A DNA stretch of 64,000 bases, from assembly GCA_964035545.1 (NCBI GenBank), contig OZ037769.1:3887929-3951928 (forward strand), written 5' to 3'. Numbering within the stretch: position 1 is the first letter of the stretch; each line of letters opens with the position of its first letter. Below are positions 60,101 to 64,000 of the stretch, piece after piece. The notes beneath the pieces are model-generated. The model did not search any database. It was not told the origin of the DNA and saw only the letters and a list, made by a program, of their open reading frames with translations. The stretch is from Bugula neritina. Its lineage: Eukaryota; Animalia; Bryozoa. The translations under genes and the position numbers were made by a program.

Positions 60101-63064
60101 GGGTTAGTGAATATCAGTATCTAGTGTATACTCTCTGCTTGTACAGTGCGGGGCTGACTATGTAAAGTCTAACCAAACCAGTCCGGTTGGCCTTGACCTT
60201 GTGCCGGGAGAGAAATACGCTTCATTTGATGGAGATGCTGACAGGATAGTCTACTACTTTACAACCCAAGGTGAGAGTGATTTGACATTCTTTATTTTCC
60301 TAACTTGGCTAATGATGATTCTGGGAGAGGAAATTTTTCCTTAATTTAACTTAACTTAGTAAAATAGAATAGAAAATATAAAACATAATATAAAATCAAA
60401 CTTATGATTTTAGTTCTGAAATCTGTATTATTTACACAGAGCTATTTTTAGTGGGATACAATCACATGTCCGGTTTTCAGTTAGTCAAGCTAATGTGTTT
60501 TTTTTTCAAACATTTGTGATAAAATTTATTTTTAAAAGTCACAAGACTACTGAATAACTTCAAAGTGTTTAGTAAGAGATTTTGTCAGTTTTTTGTAAAA
60601 GTAATAAAATTTGTTGCATGTTACTAAAGACTTGTTGAGCACTTTATACTAAAAGATTTCCAATAAGCTGTGATAATGTATTTATATTCATACATTATTA
60701 TTTTCACCTTCAGAAGGAAAGTTTCAACTACTAGATGGGGATAAGATTGCCATATTGATAGCCTCATATCTGAAGCAGTTGTTGGTGGATTCAGGGCTAA
60801 GCAAGGAAATATCTCTGGGATTAGTGCAGACTGCCTATGCTAATGGAGCTTCTACTGAATACATATCAGATAAGCTGGTGAGTCTAACAGCAGTATTACA
60901 CTTATATTACAAGTTTATATTACACTTATGTTGCAAGTTTATGTTACTCTTATATTACAAGTTTATGTTACACTTATATTACAAGTTTATATTACACTTA
61001 TATTACAAGTTTATATTACACTTATATTACAAGTTTATATTACACTTATGTTACAAGTTTATATTACACTTATATTACAAGTTCATGTTATACTTATATT
61101 ACAAGTTTATATTACACTTATATTACAAGTTTATATTACACTTATGTTACAAGTTTATATTACACTTATATTACAAGTTTATATTACACTTATATTACAA
61201 GTTCATGTTATACTTATATTGCAAGTTTATATTACACTTATATTACAAGTTTATATTACACTTCTGTTACAAGTTTATATTACAAATTTATATTACACTT
61301 ATATTACAAGTTTATATTACACTTATATTACACCTATGTTATAGTAGTACGTCTTGAGTTATTCATCAAGTTGTATTAATTACCATAATATTTTCTGTAG
61401 CAATGGGTTCAACATGTTGTGTTTTCTACAGTCAGTACCAGTTACGTGTTCTAAAACTGGAGTAAAGTATCTGCATCACTGTGCACTGCAGTACGACATC
61501 GGAGTTTACTTTGAAGCTAATGGGCATGGCACGGTCATGTTCTCTGATAAAGCTGCCATGACTATTGACCTTGCTGCCAAAAGGTATGTCTTTATGGTTT
61601 AAACGTTTTCAGTGATGAGCTAGTTTTCAAAAATATGCCTGATGAAATTTTTTATGTATTTTTATATCGAAGGCGCTTCATAATTATATGGATAAACGTT
61701 AAGAATAACCCAGCGCGTAGTGTGCGCAGTAAATAGTTGCCGTGTAACTGTTTTTTATACAAAAGTTGAAATGTCTTATTGAATGTGATGTTGATTTTGA
61801 TGCTTTCCAAACTTTTCTTTGCTGATAAAGCAAATTGTTCTATGAACTCTATTAGGAATGAAATGTCTTTAACAGCCATATGTTTGAGAAATATTATGTT
61901 AGCCTAAAAATATTCAATTTTCTGTCTAGAAATTTACAAAAAGAGTACTTTTCACATACATAATTTTTTATTACAAATCACTCCAAATTAATTCTCATTA
62001 TTAGCAACTGTAAATAACCACTAAACTAACAGGTCTATGAACTTCTTATTCCTTCGGCATTCTAAAGCTAATCTCTCTGTTGTAGTGCTGACTCCAACAC
62101 GGCTGCCGGAACAGCTGCTCTCAAGCTATCCGCGCTGACACAACTCATAATGCAGATAGTAGGGGATGCCATATCCGATCTAGTCTTTGTCGAAGCTATA
62201 CTTACTGACCTTAACATGACCTTGAGCCAATGGAATGACCAATACACTGATTTACCGAATGTCCTTTGTAAAGTTTCTGTGAGTTGATGGATTTTTAGAA
62301 TTGAGCTTTGAAATTACCATTTAAATCCCCAACAAATTTCTCGGGTGATTATCATTGAGGACGAGATTAATAATTTGCATTTATTTTCACGTCTTTGTAA
62401 GGAAATCAGTTGAATGTGTTGAGGAACTGATGTTTTCTAACTACTAGATTTGGATTAAAGTATTTCTGTAACCTTATGAACTTTATATAGGTAGCTGATA
62501 GGCAGGTAATAAAGACTACTAATGCTGAACGAACAGCCACTAGTCCTATTGGTTTACAGGCAGCAATTGATGAAGTCGTGTTGAAAGTCAGCAAAGGAAG
62601 GTCGTTTGTTCGGTAGGTCTGCCTAGTGACATCATAGTTTCTAAGTGTGAAGTTGGGTGAAGGTTATAATATTGTTTAATTTCAAGCAGTTTAGTCATCA
62701 ATAGATTTCAAATGTGGTGCCTGGGTGTTGAAATAATTTATTATATTGTCACTCTTTTTATATTAAAATTCTTGCACTGCAGCATTTTGGTAACAGATAA
62801 GTTGGTTTTCGAGATTTTTTAATTTTCAAGTAACTGTATAATGTCAGACTATCCATTAACTGATCAGAATGGCAAATGGGATCTAGTATTGTGTACTCAT
62901 ATTCTGCTTTTCTATGCACACTTTATATCAGGCCATCGGGAACAGAAGATGTTGTTAGAGTCTATGCGGAAGCTTCAACTGTAGAAGAGGTGAAGCAACT
63001 GTCGTTGGGAGTTGCTTGCCTTGTATATGATATGTGTGGTGGTGTTGGAGAAAGACCAGTGTGA
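57119..63064 (+). CDS. PGM3: Phosphoacetylglucosamine mutase (PGM3/AGM1)
   Basis: About 13 exons: [24 protein letters not shown] (catalytic Ser loop, 57681-57810), [100 protein letters not shown]. Confidence 0.97.
58625..58790. repeat. Degenerate ~21-bp tandem repeat (TACTTACATTAGGATGCTGTA-like)
   Basis: Imperfect array ending at the PGM3 acceptor 58791. Confidence 0.55.
59170..59368 (+). mobile_element. tRNA-derived SINE, copy 5 (internal deletion)
   Basis: GGAGCAGCCGTGATTTAGGGGTTAGAG head, AAGAGTATCCAGTCATAATTGCTCCTGTG core, TTCTCACAGGGATAGTCACTATGAACTTGCG end. Confidence 0.85.
60895..61340. repeat. Intronic 24-bp minisatellite ATTACACTTATATTACAAGTTTAT
   Basis: About 18 copies starting ~17 bp after the PGM3 donor at 60878. 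Confidence 0.95.
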
Positions 63065-64000
63065 AAAGAGCTTTAATTATACTGTATGTCGTATGCAAAA
63101 CTGCAATTTTCATACAAAAGTGTATTTATTTTTATAAATTGTACACATTTTAAATACAAATTTTTCAACCTACCAGTTATATTCAAGACCAAGCATTTTT
63201 TCCTGTTTACCCTTCTTGCTCAGTAAATTTTATAATCATTTGTGTAATCTATGCAATGCTTCTATAGCAATAATATATTTACTTAATGTAGCCATGATAA
63301 GTTAAGTCAATTTTCACATCAACCCACAAATGAATTTTAGCAATATCATCGGAATTTACTTTTATGCCAACTATTCATTTTACCATAGAACCAATGAATG
63401 AAGTGTATTTTAATTTTTTGTGATCACATACTTATTTTCGTTTCAAGTCATTTTTACTTAATTTAAAAAACTTTTATACTTGAGAGTAACTTCACTTATT
63501 CAAGAATCTCGAAAATGAATAAAACGTATCTAATATATTTGGATTTGTGTGAATAACACCCTCTTGTTTAACAGATATTAATGAAAAGCCTTATAACTTC
63601 ATACAGTTATTGTTAAAGCTGTTCTTGAAATGTGGGAAAACCAAAGTTGATGAAAATCCAAAATTGTTAGACATGATGGCAAACTACCAAACAACACAAA
63701 CTCAGTAACAAAAAAATATTTATTTGAATAGTTTGTCTTAGTTCAATTATTTAGCAGAGCGTCTTGTACGTTTATCCCAAGAAAAGTTGGCTCCATAAGA
63801 TTTAGCTCTGATATATTTGGTTCTAGGTTTCTCAATGTGATAATTCCAGCCTGTAATAGAATCCATATATTCAAATAAAGTGAAGACATTTACTCAAACA
63901 CTTTAAATGTTAATGTGAAAGGCAATAAAAATTAAAACATTGTGAAGACTGATTATCTAATAATATACACTGAGATACCTTATAAAATGCATACTACAAA

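Noticed and set aside
60310-60420. Intronic C/D-box snoRNA (ATGATGA...CTGA)
   Set aside because: No terminal stem or recognisable guide; expected by chance in AT-rich DNA.
60878-61357. Long (LHLYYKFI)n / (LILQVYIT)n ORF extensions of PGM3
   Set aside because: The coding exon ends at the donor 60878; the rest is the 24-bp minisatellite.
32522-63064. Functional glycosylation cluster (FKTN with PGM3)
   Set aside because: About 23 kb apart with unrelated genes between; no sign of co-regulation.

Overview
Eukaryotic, AT-rich, intron-containing animal (invertebrate) genomic DNA, not prokaryotic, so the ORF track mostly shows exon fragments. I reconstructed eight protein-coding genes by hand from GT-AG junctions and family motifs. 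In order: LRP12/LRP3/LRP10-family receptor (+, start codon upstream of the window); an uncharacterised secreted legumain-like (clan CD/C13-fold) protein lacking both catalytic residues (-); PRMT7 (-); group XII secreted PLA2 (+); fukutin with an intronless CDS (-); OXR1/NCOA7 LysM-GRAM-TLDc protein (+); BLOC1S5/Muted (-); PGM3 (+). There are three head-to-head and three tail-to-tail pairs. Repeats include five copies of a ~200-bp tRNA-headed SINE, a 346-bp MITE and many intronic minisatellites. The best novelty candidates are the ~596-aa legumain-fold pseudopeptidase with an inserted EF-hand-type loop, the 6-bp-periodic ACT/AGT tracts flanking all three divergent promoters, the intronless fukutin with a KDEL-like tail, and an OXR1 stop codon apparently split by an intron. 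All assignments come from motif recognition; no database searches were run.
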